A DNA stretch of 51,234 bases from an uncultured Chlamydiae bacterium (GTDB taxonomy: Bacteria; Chlamydiota; Chlamydiia; Chlamydiales; Parachlamydiaceae), in NCBI GenBank assembly GCA_963830365.1, contig CAWHMU010000038.1, positions 1 to 51,234 of the forward strand, given 5' to 3'. Positions 18,643 to 28,957 of this stretch are shown one piece after another. The translations under genes and the position numbers were made by a program. Within the stretch, counting starts at the first letter, position 1; every line of letters begins with the position of its first letter. Below the pieces are notes generated by a model that made no database searches, had not been told where the DNA came from, and worked only from the letters and a program-made list of their open reading frames with translations.

Positions 18643-21357
18643 ATGCTTGACACACCGGAACATCAGCGCCTTGAACAGCACAAAAAAAGGCTCGCCAATT
18701 GGCGCAATTGGGGCCCCTACCTTAGCGACAGAGCCTGGGGAACGGTGCGTGAAGACTACAGCAATGATGGCGAAGCATGGAATTATTTCACGCACGACCA
18801 AGCCCGCAGCCGGGCCTACCGCTGGAATGAGGACGGGCTGGGCGGCATTTCGGATCGGAGCCAATATTTATGCTTTGCTCCCGCCTTTTGGAATGGCAAA
18901 GACCCCATTCTCAAAGAGCGCTTCTTCGGCTTGACCAATACCGAAGGCAACCATGGTGAAGATGTCAAAGAGTATTATTTTCACATCGACAATACCCCCA
19001 CCCACAGCTACATGAAGATGCTTTACAAGTATCCTCAAGCCGCATACCCTTATTTACAGCTCATCGAGGAAAATCATAAACGCGGCGTCCAGCATAAGGA
19101 ATTTGAGCTGCTGGACACCGCTATCTTCAACGACAACCGCTATTTCGATATCTTCATCGAATATGCCAAGGCGGATGAAGACGATATCCTGATTAAAATC
19201 ACGGCGTATAACCGCGCCAAGCACGACGCCGAGCTGCATATCCTGCCAAACCTCTGGTTCCGCAATACCTGGAGCTGGGGCTATCTCGCAGGCCCTATGG
19301 GAGATGTCCCTGAAATGCCATGCATGCAGCTCGATCCCCTGCCGCCTAAAAACACTTTGGCCATCAAAGCCACCCACTGCGCTTTGGGAAACTATACCCT
19401 CTATGCCGAAGATGCCAAAGCTGCCATCTTCACCAATAATGATACCAACAATGAAGCAGTCTTTGCCACACCCAACCTGCAGCCATATGTCAAGGATGCT
19501 TTCCACCGCTACCTCATCCATGCGCAAAAAGATGCTGTCGACCCCTGGCAAAAAGGCACTAAAGCCGCTTTCACATACTCCTCATCAGTCCCTGCCGAAA
19601 GCAGCTGGACGGTGCGGTTGCGCCTCAGCAAAGGGCAGTTGAACGCTCCATTTAAAGACTTTGACGATATTTTTGCGGCGCGCAAAAGCGAAGCCGACAC
19701 CTTTTACAATTCGTTGCAAAACAGTAAAACTTCGCCCGAGGAAAATAATATCCAGCGCCAGGCCTTTGCCGGACTGTTATGGAACAAGCAATTGTATTAC
19801 TATGATGTAGACCAGTGGTGCAAAGGCGATCCCATCCCCCCCTGCCAGCGCAAGCTGCCTATCGAACGCAATAACGAGTGGAACCACCTGGTGAATTTCG
19901 ATGTGCTTTCCATGCCCGACAAATGGGAATTCCCTTGGTATGCCAGCTGGGATTTGGCCTTCCATTGCGTCTCTTTAGTATTGATCGATCCCGACTTCGC
20001 CAAGCGCCAGCTCATTTTGATGACGCGGGAGTGGTATCTGCATCCCAACGGCCAGCTGCCGGCCTATGAATGGGGCTTTGGCGATGCCAACCCACCCGTA
20101 TTGGCATGGGCGGCCTGGCGCGTGTACAAGATCGATGCCCATATCAACGGGGTTGTCGATAGGGAATTCCTAGGGGCCATCTTCCACAAACTGCTCATCA
20201 ATTTTACCTGGTGGGTCAACCGCAAAGATAGCGCCGGCCACAACGTTTTCCAAGGGGGCTTCTTAGGGCTGGACAACATCAGCATCTTCAACCGCAGCGA
20301 TCCTTTGCCTGATGGCGGCAATATCGTGCAGTCCGATGCCACAGCCTGGATGGCCTTTTATTGCATCACCATGATCAAAACCGCCATGGAGCTGTCACGG
20401 GACCGCCCCGTCTATGAAGATATGGCCACCAAATTCTTTGAGCACTTTTTGCGCATTGGCGCCGCCATGATCAACCTCGGCGGCATGGGCTTTAGCCTGT
20501 GGGATGCCGAAGATGGCTTCTTTTATGATGTCATCACCACACCTGACGGCCGCATCACGCCTTTAAAGGTGCGCTCGATGGTAGGCTTGCTCCCCCTGCT
20601 GGCAGTAGAGACCGCCAACAAGGAATTTTCCGATGCCTATCCGCTCTTCAGATCGCGCGTGGCTTGGTTTTTGAAGCATCATCCCGAATATCGACAGACA
20701 ATGGCGCCGATGAAAATGGAAGGGGGCGATGAACAAAATCTGCTGGCTATCCTGACAAAAGACAGGTTGCTCAGCGTGCTGCGCTATATGCTTGATGAAA
20801 AGGAATTCCTTTCTCCATATGGTATCCGTTCGATTTCCAAATTTCATGAGGAGCATCCCTACCAGCTGACAATTGGTGGCAGGACTTATACCATCGCCTA
20901 CGAACCTGCCGAATCAAAAAGCTACCTGTTCGGCGGCAATTCCAATTGGCGCGGTCCGATCTGGTTTCCATTGAACTTCCTGATCATCGAATCGCTACAA
21001 AAATTTCACCACTATTATGGCGACAGCTTGAAAGTGGAGTGCCCGACGGGTTCTGGCAATATGATGACGCTGTGGGAAGTGGCCACCGATCTCTCGCGCC
21101 GCCTGATCAGCATGTTTTTGGCAGATAGCGAAGGCAAACGCCCCATTTTTGGAGACGAGCCCCATTATGCCAAGGACCCCAACTGGCAAGAGCTGCTGCT
21201 CTTCAACGAGTATTTCAATGGGGATACCGGCGAAGGCTTGGGGGCAAGCCACCAGACGGGCTGGACGGGCCTCATTGCCAAGCTGATCCAGCAGTCGGGC
21301 AGACCGGCCGAACGCACCTGGCGGGCGACTTCAGAACACTACAAATCAAAGATTTAA
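18643..21357 (+). CDS. GH63/MGH1-like glycoside hydrolase (glucosidase)
   Basis: WGPYLSDRAWGTVREDYS, MPDKWEFPW..WDLAFH, GGNSNWRGPIW, GASHQTGWTG. Confidence 0.9.
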   Translation: MLDTPEHQRLEQHKKRLANWRNWGPYLSDRAWGTVREDYSNDGEAWNYFTHDQARSRAYRWNEDGLGGISDRSQYLCFAPAFWNGKDPILKERFFGLTNTEGNHGEDVKEYYFHIDNTPTHSYMKMLYKYPQAAYPYLQLIEENHKRGVQHKEFELLDTAIFNDNRYFDIFIEYAKADEDDILIKITAYNRAKHDAELHILPNLWFRNTWSWGYLAGPMGDVPEMPCMQLDPLPPKNTLAIKATHCALGNYTLYAEDAKAAIFTNNDTNNEAVFATPNLQPYVKDAFHRYLIHAQKDAVDPWQKGTKAAFTYSSSVPAESSWTVRLRLSKGQLNAPFKDFDDIFAARKSEADTFYNSLQNSKTSPEENNIQRQAFAGLLWNKQLYYYDVDQWCKGDPIPPCQRKLPIERNNEWNHLVNFDVLSMPDKWEFPWYASWDLAFHCVSLVLIDPDFAKRQLILMTREWYLHPNGQLPAYEWGFGDANPPVLAWAAWRVYKIDAHINGVVDREFLGAIFHKLLINFTWWVNRKDSAGHNVFQGGFLGLDNISIFNRSDPLPDGGNIVQSDATAWMAFYCITMIKTAMELSRDRPVYEDMATKFFEHFLRIGAAMINLGGMGFSLWDAEDGFFYDVITTPDGRITPLKVRSMVGLLPLLAVETANKEFSDAYPLFRSRVAWFLKHHPEYRQTMAPMKMEGGDEQNLLAILTKDRLLSVLRYMLDEKEFLSPYGIRSISKFHEEHPYQLTIGGRTYTIAYEPAESKSYLFGGNSNWRGPIWFPLNFLIIESLQKFHHYYGDSLKVECPTGSGNMMTLWEVATDLSRRLISMFLADSEGKRPIFGDEPHYAKDPNWQELLLFNEYFNGDTGEGLGASHQTGWTGLIAKLIQQSGRPAERTWRATSEHYKSKI

Positions 21358-21828
21358 GGTTCATCGCACAATCGCGTACCTCCCAATATGTAAACTAATG
21401 GAGGATGTTAAATAAATCATACATAATGGCAAATTGCGCGTTCGATCCTGTGAAGGAAGGATTTGAGTTGGCATTGCCATACAAGAGATAGAGCACAAGC
21501 CATGAGAACATTTTTGCAGCCTCGATAGAGGCGGCAGCAATGACTAAAGGATAGTATATACTATAATAATTGCATCTAATTCTGCTTCCATCGAAATTGC
21601 TGTCGCCGTATTCACGGCTCTCTTTATACTACATTTTATTCCATAGGTTGACACCTATGGCTACATGCTTCCGCCTCTATCGAGGCTAACTAGACCTTCT
21701 GTGCTAGAATGCCGATTTGTTTCAAAGAGAACATTACAAATAGATCATTACTTCTCATATTTCAACCATCAATTACTAAGGCTTTTTGATGAATCATCAT
21801 GGGCAGGTACTCATTTGTGTGATGACCC
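21358..21828. mobile_element. Type A MITE (471 bp) with REP cargo
   Basis: 24-bp TIRs; perfect 8-bp TSD AGATTTAA (21350-21357 / 21829-21836); near-identical to 35934-36472 apart from a 68-bp deletion. Confidence 0.92.
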
Positions 21829-22197
21829 AGATTTAATATCTATGTCGAAGAATATGCGTAGTTTTGGCTAGGCCGTCAATTGCAGCATATCTGTCTCGGC
21901 TGCTGATTGATCGGCACCCTGGGGTGCCCAGCAGGCAAAGAGTCGGTTAATTTTTCTTTCCAATGCACTAAGGTATTTGATGAATAGCTCAAAATCGTGC
22001 CGATAAACGTCTCGTACAGTATTGCCAGCTTCAAAAATCGCTTCATCCGGTTTTGTTAGCCCCCTAGAAAAGGGTGCATAGAAGCAAACACTCCGGCGCA
22101 AACATAGCGGATGTTAGATTGGACAGGATGAAAGATTTAGATTTTAGTTTCTAATCACTGTGATTTAGGTAAGTCCGGCTGATAAGCCAATTTTAAT

Positions 22198-22420
22198 GGT
22201 TAATCGCACAAATGCGTACTTAATTAACAAAACCCAAAGAGCAAGCTCCATTTTTCTTCTCTATGCCGCTTTATCTCGGTGGAGAAGCTTTTCGTAACAC
22301 ATTGATTAGTAATATTGATTAGTAATATTACACCACCAGCCGGCAGATTTTACCACCGAGACAAAGAGTCATCGCGAAGGTCGGGAAAACCTCATAATGT
22401 ATGCATTTGTCGTAGGAACC
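22198..22420. mobile_element. Degenerate type A MITE, standalone inverse copy of module 33806-34001
   Basis: ggttaatcgcacaaatgcgtactt ... atgtatgcatttgtcgtaggaacc; interior aligns to the reverse complement of 33806-34001. Confidence 0.75.
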
Positions 22421-22494
22421 TTAAATAAAATACGGATTTATAAAAAAGTATGCTATAATAATAATAAATTGCATTTATTAGTTTTGACGTTTTC

Positions 22495-25053
22495 ATGAGG
22501 CTTTTCATGAATACAGATTACAACATGCCGCTTATGGGAGGCTCTGTTGATGTTTTAAACAAAACTGACACGGCCCCGACGACGACCCAGCCCACAAAAC
22601 TGCAGGAAACGCTGGCAAAGGTAGCGCCAGCCACCACGGCAAAGACCGGCTTGGTAAGTCAATTAATATTGAAATTTAAAAATCCACCACCAGCTGAGCT
22701 TCCAACCAAAGCCCTATTCACAGCGGGTTCTAATAGTCGAACGGCAAATACCACCAACAAAACAGCGATCACAGGGCCACTAGCTTCTGCGGAATCTCAT
22801 GCGCCTAAAATGCCTACGACAAGCAGGACTGGTAGTGTGATAACAGTAGGCCCTGCTACGGCTGAATTTAAAATGTCCACGCATACCATGGATGGCGTAT
22901 CCGAGACAGCTCCCATCACACAAGCCCAGTCAAAGGCAAAGATCCCAGGCGATGCGTTTAAAGTGCTTTCAGACTGGCATGAAAAAATAAAAGACAATGC
23001 TCAATTTTCACCCTATCATGCCAAAGGCACAGAGCTTGGCAAGCGCATCGACTATGCAAAGGACGAAAAAACATTTAAAGCTTTTGAGGCCACCTTTAAA
23101 GAAATGGGCTGCAATTTTCACAAAATGAAAGCTGCCTATCAGTCCGGCGATGCCAAAGTGGGCAAGCCGGAAATGCAGATGCTATGCGATCTGCGCGCCG
23201 CCTATTTCGAGACAAAGTTATTTCCGGCTGTCATGAAGGAGTTTCCCGGTTTGAAAGACCCTAGTACCAACTCCAGCGGCAGCGTCGAGATCACCTCTGA
23301 CTGGGATCCCCCCTTTAAAATCGGCGAAGACAGCCAGGTACGCGAAACGAAGGCCGTGAAATTTTTCAATGAAGAGTTCCGCAAATCTTTTGGTGAAGAA
23401 GCGGGGCTTGTTTTCGATACCAATGCCTATTCGAATCAGTATACGCGGGAAGCTTCGACTTCTGACTGGCAAATGAAATATGCCAATCTGCAAGAGAAAA
23501 TCAGCACCACCATGGCAGCCATGACGATGCCTAAAGAAATTTTTGACGACCTGCACAGTAAGATTGCCGAAAAAATTACCGATCCCAACGCAAAGACTGC
23601 CTTTAATGAAAAATTAGATAGCGTGCGCGCCGATGCCGACAACCTGAAGGCGCGGCTTAATAAAGAAATGATAAAAGTCGCCGTGGATGCCGGCATTCCA
23701 TTGGGAGACCTTGAAAAGGATTATAATGCTAATATCGGCACAAAAGAGAATCAATGGTGTCTAGAGCCGGCGGTAGAAAAATTCTTCCACAAAATTGAAA
23801 ACAACGGCACAGATCAATTCGAACACATGAAGCGGCTGGCTAAAAACCAACTGCATGAAACTATCAAAACCAGTTATGAAGATCTGGAATTACAAAGATC
23901 TGCCTTAATGAATAAAATCAGCGGCTTAAAAACCCTCGCCACCAACCCCCCTTCGGCCGGCAATGCGGTGCTTTTTTCTTTCAAACTAAATGCCACGTTC
24001 TTAAACCATATTGAAATCTTAAATCAAAAGAAAATCGAAAATGAAAAGTATGGGGTCGCTGATACGGCCATTGATACCTTTATAGGAAAGCTGAAGGGGG
24101 CTGCCGAACGCGTCACCAATACCAAAGACCCACAGAAATTGGTGGAGGCTTTTATCACCAAACAGAAATTTGACACCACGATCAAAGATCTCGAAAAGCA
24201 ACGCGCTTTCCTGGAATCTGCTCCCGCCGTATATAAACAGTTGGAGGGGAAAATCACTAAATTGAACCAGCAGACGAATATCGCGGATTTACAGAAAAAT
24301 CTTGGTCAACTGGGAGAGTTGGAGAAAGAAAAGGCCGCCTTAGAAGGGAAATATGGCAAAGGACTTGCAACTCTGACTGATGCCAAGCGCGAGGTTGAAA
24401 ATCAATTAACGAAACAACAAGCAGCCAGGAAAGATGCCAACAATGCTAATTTCTCGCTGGTGGGACTGCTAGATCATGAAGCAGACCGCTTAATGGTCTC
24501 CATGGACCAGGTGCAAACTACGGGCATGATCTTTGCCGATGAAGCGCACGCCAGTGCCGATGCCTTTAACCGCGTCGTTTTGGGGATCCAAGTCGGACAA
24601 AAGACCGTTTTTCCAATTCAGAAGGAAATGAATGCTTTGCGCGAGATCTTATCCTTCGGCTTCGATCACATGCATCACCACTCGCATGGCCCGCATGGAG
24701 AATCCATGCTGGCAAATGGCGCCAAATATATGGATCGCGTCTTTACCGTGCTGGATATTGTAAATGAACGGGCAGGGGCATTAGGGCTGAAACCTGTTGA
24801 ATTCAACAAAGAAATCAATGCGGCAGGTCTTAGGACCTTTATGACAAAACTTGCACCTGACAGAGCCAAAACACCTAAGGAACTGGCTCCCATATGCCTA
24901 AACCTGGCCAAACAGGCGGGCTTTGAAACGTTTGATAAAGCCACGGCCGATAGCATCGTTGGCAAATTAAAGGATTTGTGTGCTACAATGTTGGCATGGG
25001 GCGAAGGGTTGCCGGACGATAAAAAGAATGCTGTCTACGCGGCGGTAACCTAA
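22495..25053 (+). CDS. Effector-like protein with a putative nucleotidyltransferase motif and coiled coil
   Basis: T/S/P/A-rich N-terminal ~150 aa; GSVEITSDWD...VFDTNAY; extended -10 TGCTATAAT at 22451-22459. Confidence 0.8.
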   Translation: MRLFMNTDYNMPLMGGSVDVLNKTDTAPTTTQPTKLQETLAKVAPATTAKTGLVSQLILKFKNPPPAELPTKALFTAGSNSRTANTTNKTAITGPLASAESHAPKMPTTSRTGSVITVGPATAEFKMSTHTMDGVSETAPITQAQSKAKIPGDAFKVLSDWHEKIKDNAQFSPYHAKGTELGKRIDYAKDEKTFKAFEATFKEMGCNFHKMKAAYQSGDAKVGKPEMQMLCDLRAAYFETKLFPAVMKEFPGLKDPSTNSSGSVEITSDWDPPFKIGEDSQVRETKAVKFFNEEFRKSFGEEAGLVFDTNAYSNQYTREASTSDWQMKYANLQEKISTTMAAMTMPKEIFDDLHSKIAEKITDPNAKTAFNEKLDSVRADADNLKARLNKEMIKVAVDAGIPLGDLEKDYNANIGTKENQWCLEPAVEKFFHKIENNGTDQFEHMKRLAKNQLHETIKTSYEDLELQRSALMNKISGLKTLATNPPSAGNAVLFSFKLNATFLNHIEILNQKKIENEKYGVADTAIDTFIGKLKGAAERVTNTKDPQKLVEAFITKQKFDTTIKDLEKQRAFLESAPAVYKQLEGKITKLNQQTNIADLQKNLGQLGELEKEKAALEGKYGKGLATLTDAKREVENQLTKQQAARKDANNANFSLVGLLDHEADRLMVSMDQVQTTGMIFADEAHASADAFNRVVLGIQVGQKTVFPIQKEMNALREILSFGFDHMHHHSHGPHGESMLANGAKYMDRVFTVLDIVNERAGALGLKPVEFNKEINAAGLRTFMTKLAPDRAKTPKELAPICLNLAKQAGFETFDKATADSIVGKLKDLCATMLAWGEGLPDDKKNAVYAAVT

Positions 25054-25084
25054 AAATACATAATTAATCCACAGGAGCTATTTT

Positions 25085-25465
25085 ATGGCATCATCAATTA
25101 GCGACAACTCTGCAAAAGGAACTCCCGCTATGCAATTGCATAATGACACAAAGCAGGCTATTTCCAGATTCTTTGATGGTGAGTCTGATGACATTAAGCA
25201 GGCCAGCGAGGTAATTGACAAGGCAGTCATGGACATTCTAAAGCAGTCAAAAGAAAAAGGAAATGCCGAGTTTAAGGAAGTAAGTAATAAGTTATGGGTC
25301 GATTTTGATACCCAAATGGATTGGATTACTTCGGATTTAAAATCAAAAGGCTTCGAAGTTGAATGTAAAACAGAATATGCCTCAGTAGGTAAACCCTTTG
25401 CAGGCGATAAAGTTAATACGAACATTCAACAGATTGCAAAAATCACCTTGAAAAAGAAAGAATAA
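25085..25465 (+). CDS. Small hypothetical protein, probably co-transcribed with the 852-aa ORF
   Basis: AGGAG RBS; starts 31 bp after the upstream stop. Confidence 0.7.
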   Translation: MASSISDNSAKGTPAMQLHNDTKQAISRFFDGESDDIKQASEVIDKAVMDILKQSKEKGNAEFKEVSNKLWVDFDTQMDWITSDLKSKGFEVECKTEYASVGKPFAGDKVNTNIQQIAKITLKKKE

Positions 25466-25816
25466 CCAGCAAAACGCTAGTTTTGCAAGTCCTTGCAAAA
25501 GTAGCAAATTCATTTACATTTTAAAGCTTTTTTACTAGACGGATGCCTCATCATTTTTGGTTCATCACGCAAATGAGTACCTGTCCTAGAGAATGGGGGA
25601 AATGGCTTAGTTTAAAATGGTTGAAAAAAGAGAAGCAGACATCTATTAGATCTCTGGCAGTAAAAATGAATTTAACATGCCTGTTTCACTGTTGCTCCAT
25701 ACAGGGCTTTTTCATTAAAGAAATTTAACACCAAAAATTCCACTCACAGCCTATAATGGTCCCGGAAATTTGGACAATGGTCTAAGCTAATACCCTCTTT
25801 AAGAAAAGAGGTGAAA

Positions 25817-26110
25817 ATGAGCCGAACAAGAAAAAAATATCCCCCAGAATTTAAAGTCAAAGCCGTGCTTGAGATTTTGAAGGGAGAAAAGACTGCAAGT
25901 CAATTATCCGGTGAACTGGGAGTGCATCCTATCGTGTTGTCGGAGTGGAAAAAACACTTTTTATCAACTGCCACAACTGTATTTGAAAAACCGAGCAAGA
26001 TGACTGGGACAGCACAGGAAGTTAAAGAAAAGGCAGAACTTTTCGAGCAAATCGGACGTCTTAAAATGGAGGTGGAGTGGCTTAAAAAAAAGTTAGGATG
26101 TTTGACTTAA
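25817..26110 (+). CDS. IS3 transposase OrfA (HTH)
   Basis: RKKYPPEFKVKAV...WKK...LFEQIGRLKMEVEWLKKK; A8G slippery run near 26084-26092. Confidence 0.93.
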   Translation: MSRTRKKYPPEFKVKAVLEILKGEKTASQLSGELGVHPIVLSEWKKHFLSTATTVFEKPSKMTGTAQEVKEKAELFEQIGRLKMEVEWLKKKLGCLT

Positions 26111-26940
26111 ATTCTCGACGACTTCTAATAGAGCCAGATCATAAGAAGTTGTCGCTATCAAGTCAGTGTCATTTGCTTGGAATGTCACGATCTGGGTTGT
26201 ATTATAAGGCCAAACAGCCCAACGAGGAAGATTTGGCACTCATGCGGGCTATTGATGAACAATATCTTCAAACTCCCTTCTATGGAAGAAGACGGATGAC
26301 GATAGCAATGAGAGCTCAAGGTTTTTTTGTAGGAGGAAAAAGGATTCGAACGGCGATGCAGACAATGGGTTTAGAAGCAATCTATCCCAAGCCCAATCTG
26401 AGTGCGGCAAATAAGGAGCATAAAAAGTTTCCTTACCTACTAAGAGGGATTGTAGTAGATAAACCCGATTTGGCATGGGCTGCAGATATCACCTACGTTC
26501 CTTTGTTGAAAGGATTTGGATACCTTTTTGCGATCATCGATTGGTTTAGCAGGTATGTGATCGAATGGGAACTTTCGAATCTGCTGGATGCGGAATTTTG
26601 CATTAATGCATTAGAAAGAGGGCTTTCTCGAGCTAGTCCTGAGATATTCAACACAGACCAAGGAGTTCAATTCACCTGCTGTCGGTTTGTAGAGAGATTA
26701 GAAGCAGGCGGAGTCAGAATCAGTATGGATGGAAAAGGCAGAGCCCTTGATAATGTGTTTATTGAAAGGCTCTGGAGAAGCGTGAAGTATGAAGAGATTT
26801 ATCCAAAAGGGTATGAAAGCTTAAAAGATGTCCGTAATGGACTTAAGAGTTATTTTAAGTTTTACAACGAGAGCAGGCCACACCAAGGACTGGGTTATAA
26901 AACGCCTGCGGAGGTGTATTTTTCTAGGCAGAGCCTTTAG
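26098..26940 (+). CDS. IS3 transposase OrfB (DDE integrase core), joined by -1 frameshift
   Basis: WAADITY, FNTDQGVQF, DNVFIERLWRSVKYE, YNESRPHQGLGYKTP. Confidence 0.95.
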   Translation: MFDLNSRRLLIEPDHKKLSLSSQCHLLGMSRSGLYYKAKQPNEEDLALMRAIDEQYLQTPFYGRRRMTIAMRAQGFFVGGKRIRTAMQTMGLEAIYPKPNLSAANKEHKKFPYLLRGIVVDKPDLAWAADITYVPLLKGFGYLFAIIDWFSRYVIEWELSNLLDAEFCINALERGLSRASPEIFNTDQGVQFTCCRFVERLEAGGVRISMDGKGRALDNVFIERLWRSVKYEEIYPKGYESLKDVRNGLKSYFKFYNESRPHQGLGYKTPAEVYFSRQSL

Positions 26941-27244
26941 GAAAAGGGGGCAAGCCCCCTTACCCCCCTTCCGCCTTCGTTGGACTTGGATTACCTTGAT
27001 TTTTAAAGGAACTTGAGGGGGCAAGCCCCCTCAAACTCCCCCTTTAGCTGCAAGAACAACAAAAACTTGAGGTTATTAGCTTAACTTTTCCCATTTTTTG
27101 TCTAGACAAAGGGGACCACTTTAGCCAGCTCTAAGGCGATTTCGCCATTTTTATTCTCATATATCTAGCCTAATATATAAAAAAACAATTGACTTTATTT
27201 ATCACGTATATTACAAGGTGTTTTAAATAAATATCTGGTCTAAT

Positions 27245-28795
27245 ATGTCGATGAATCTGGTAGATCTACATCTAAACTGGGGTGCATTTACCTCTAAGGG
27301 CAAGAAGTATGTCTCCTATAGCCTTGCTAGATCCATTTGGACAAACGGCTCATGCCGGAAAGAAATCGTACTTAAATTGGGTAAACTCACTAATGAGGAA
27401 GTCGTATTCTGGCGTCAGACGCTGAAAGACGCAAAAAAACGGCGCAAGGCAATTTCTCAGACAGCCCCTAATCCTTCAGGTGACTCCAGTCCTTCACTTG
27501 TCGAAGCTAATAAGTTGACAGCGAATTCTCAGGATCCCGATACTGGAGATCTTCAAATTGCTACGGGGGATTTTGAGGGCGAAAACATGTCAGTAAGAAA
27601 GAAATTCATCTACGACGAACACGATCAAAATGTCGATATTCACTCTTACGAGGATGCTGTAAAACATGCTTTTGCGGACGTTCAGGATCCGCGCGTCGCA
27701 GATAATCTGCAATATCCATTCTATGGACTTCTGCTAACGATTCTGGCGGGTATTCTTGCAGGCGCAAAGTCCATCAGTGGTATTTACGAGTATGGAAAGG
27801 AAAAAGCTGCCATGTTATGCCCTTTACTTAATCTCGAACGACACCCTTCCTATACCGCCTTTTGGTGGATCCTGACGCGAACAAACCCTGAAATCTTGAA
27901 CCAGGCATTCATTAAATGGATTAAGTTGGTGGCTGACACCTTGGGCGGCACTGAGAAAAAAATCTCTATCGACGGGAAAACTCTGAGAGGTGCCAAAAAG
28001 GATCTTGTTCATTACGTGAGCGGATACGAGTCTGGAAGTGGGCTTCTGCTTGGTCAAGTGAAAACAGAGGAAAAATCCAATGAGATCACGGCAATTCCAG
28101 AGTTGCTAAAGGTAATCGATGTCAAGGATGCGACGGTCACAATTGATGCGATGGGGTGCCAAAAAGGCATTGTAAATGACATCAGGGAGCGCGGAGGGCA
28201 TTATGTGATTGCCTTAAAAGGAAACCAAGACACTCTACATGCTGAGGCCCAGAATTTTTTTGATCAAGCCAGAGCAGCTGATTATAAGGGGGCTAAGTGT
28301 AAAAAGTATGAAGCGACCAATGAAGGACACGGCAGGCTAGAGAAGCGAGAGGTGACAATCACCAAAAATCTCAATTGGCTGGATTGTCGAAGTGATTGGC
28401 GGGATCTTAAGATGCTGATAGAAGTGAAATCCACTAGGACGATCAAGGGTAAATCTACAGAAGAACTTCGCTACTACATTTCCAGCAAGGATATGACTGC
28501 GAAGATGGCGAACAGCACTGTTCGCTCACACTGGGGGATTGAGAATAATCTTCATTGGGTTTTAGATGTGTTATTCGGTGATGATATCTCCCGGGCCAAT
28601 ACTGGCCATGCAGCGGAGAATCTAGGTCTCTTTAGACGGATGGCCTATTGCATTTTAAAACAGGAAACAGTGCAAGGACGCGGTTTGGCATCAAAACAAC
28701 GCAAGGCAATGTGGAATGATCACTATGTGCTTGAACTGTTAAACAAGTTTATCAAGGAAGTGAGCAGCGGGAGCGAGGTTTACCAGCTCGAGTAG
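27245..28795 (+). CDS. ISAs1-family transposase with an N-terminal extension
   Basis: DPR, ISIDGKTLRG, EKSNEITAIPELL, TIDAMGCQ, LKGNQ, HGRLEKR, RSHWGIENNLHWVLDV. Confidence 0.95.
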   Translation: MSMNLVDLHLNWGAFTSKGKKYVSYSLARSIWTNGSCRKEIVLKLGKLTNEEVVFWRQTLKDAKKRRKAISQTAPNPSGDSSPSLVEANKLTANSQDPDTGDLQIATGDFEGENMSVRKKFIYDEHDQNVDIHSYEDAVKHAFADVQDPRVADNLQYPFYGLLLTILAGILAGAKSISGIYEYGKEKAAMLCPLLNLERHPSYTAFWWILTRTNPEILNQAFIKWIKLVADTLGGTEKKISIDGKTLRGAKKDLVHYVSGYESGSGLLLGQVKTEEKSNEITAIPELLKVIDVKDATVTIDAMGCQKGIVNDIRERGGHYVIALKGNQDTLHAEAQNFFDQARAADYKGAKCKKYEATNEGHGRLEKREVTITKNLNWLDCRSDWRDLKMLIEVKSTRTIKGKSTEELRYYISSKDMTAKMANSTVRSHWGIENNLHWVLDVLFGDDISRANTGHAAENLGLFRRMAYCILKQETVQGRGLASKQRKAMWNDHYVLELLNKFIKEVSSGSEVYQLE

Positions 28796-28957
28796 ACGAC
28801 TGCCGGCCTAGAGCATCAAGCGCAGCTTGTACCCGCAGGGGCGGCATGAAGAGTGTAAAGTATTTTTAATGAAAAAGCCCTGTGCTCCATACCAATCAAA
28901 TCGAGAATATACAAATCAAAACTGGTTCATCAAACTGCGTACCTATGAGGTTTTCCC

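Larger units (their letters stand above)
25752..27123 (+). mobile_element. IS3-family IS (1372 bp)
   Basis: Imperfect 25-bp TIRs tataatggtccc...ggaca / tgtct...gggaccacttta; 3-bp TSD gcc. Confidence 0.9.
25702..28882 (+). mobile_element. ISAs1-family IS containing a nested IS3
   Basis: TIR cagggctttttcattaaa / tttaatgaaaaagccctg; 9-bp TSD tgctccata (25693-25701 / 28883-28891). Confidence 0.92.

Noticed and set aside
25543..25728. Duplicated small ORF MSTC.REWGKW (also 33645-33833)
   Set aside because: It lies in the MITE backbone with its ATG inside the TIR; the similarity is explained by the repeat, with no independent coding evidence.
26945..27045. gggggcaagccccct palindromes as a separate REP family
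   Set aside because: They lie inside the IS3 right end and were not seen elsewhere in the window.
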